Shown piece after piece: positions 19,748 through 20,000 of a DNA stretch of 20,000 nt. The DNA is from Chiloscyllium plagiosum (taxonomy: Eukaryota). How positions within the stretch are numbered: position 1 is the stretch's first letter; each line of letters starts with the position of its first letter. Under the pieces are notes generated by a model, which made no database searches, was not told the DNA's origin, and was given only the letters and a program-made list of their open reading frames with translations. The stretch covers positions 49,810,090 through 49,830,089 of the forward strand of contig NC_057718.1 of NCBI RefSeq assembly GCF_004010195.1, written 5' to 3'. The position numbers were made by a program, and so were the translations under genes.

Positions 19748-20000
19748 TCCAAGATGGAGGATGGGAAAAAATTCTGGCTGTAAGAGCTACTCCTTTTTTT
19801 GAGGTAATTTAGATGCTGGAGGTGATTTCCTCGAATTCCAGGAGCAGCAATTACTGTTTTATATGCTGTTGCATTGTTTTGGAACTTTGGAAAAAAAAGT
19901 CAAAACAACAGCAGTTTTAATAGGGAGAAGATCAGAGGAAGGAAGCACATGGTGGGGACAGTGCAGGAGAGAGAGAGAGAGAGAACCTGCACAGTTACTG
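19748..20000 (+). mobile_element. Possible 5' end of an unclassified interspersed repeat, running off the window
   Basis: Starts with YY1-like ccaagatggagg (cf. CAAGATGGCGG at LINE 5' ends) and includes a (GA)n tract at about 19967-19985; family not determined. Confidence 0.35.

Overview
Eukaryotic, AT-rich, repeat-dense DNA with no intact protein-coding gene and no rRNA, tRNA or CRISPR array. The repeat repertoire looks like a cartilaginous fish (shark) genome; this is inferred from recognised repeat families, not from a search. The window is a nested set of decayed transposable elements: Penelope-like elements (RT remnant at 1-885; GIY-YIG remnant with an inverted terminal repeat at 10761-12784), CR1, L2, Rex1/Babar and a probable Tx1/L1 fragment, a Gypsy gag-protease remnant, solo LTRs, SINEs, Harbinger remnants and a possible pogo/Tigger remnant. 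Almost all listed ORFs are TE debris or chance. The notable observations are: (i) four TSD-flanked, 3'-coterminal copies of a 60-150 bp element whose fragments together rebuild a minimal hammerhead ribozyme; (ii) a ~400 bp templated copy of DNA from 4-5 kb upstream, flanked by a ~107 bp duplication with junction microhomology, which preserves the empty sites of two later insertions; (iii) a composite 900 bp insertion bounded by a 13 bp direct repeat; (iv) one weak candidate 123-nt exon. I see no convincing wholly new biological system.
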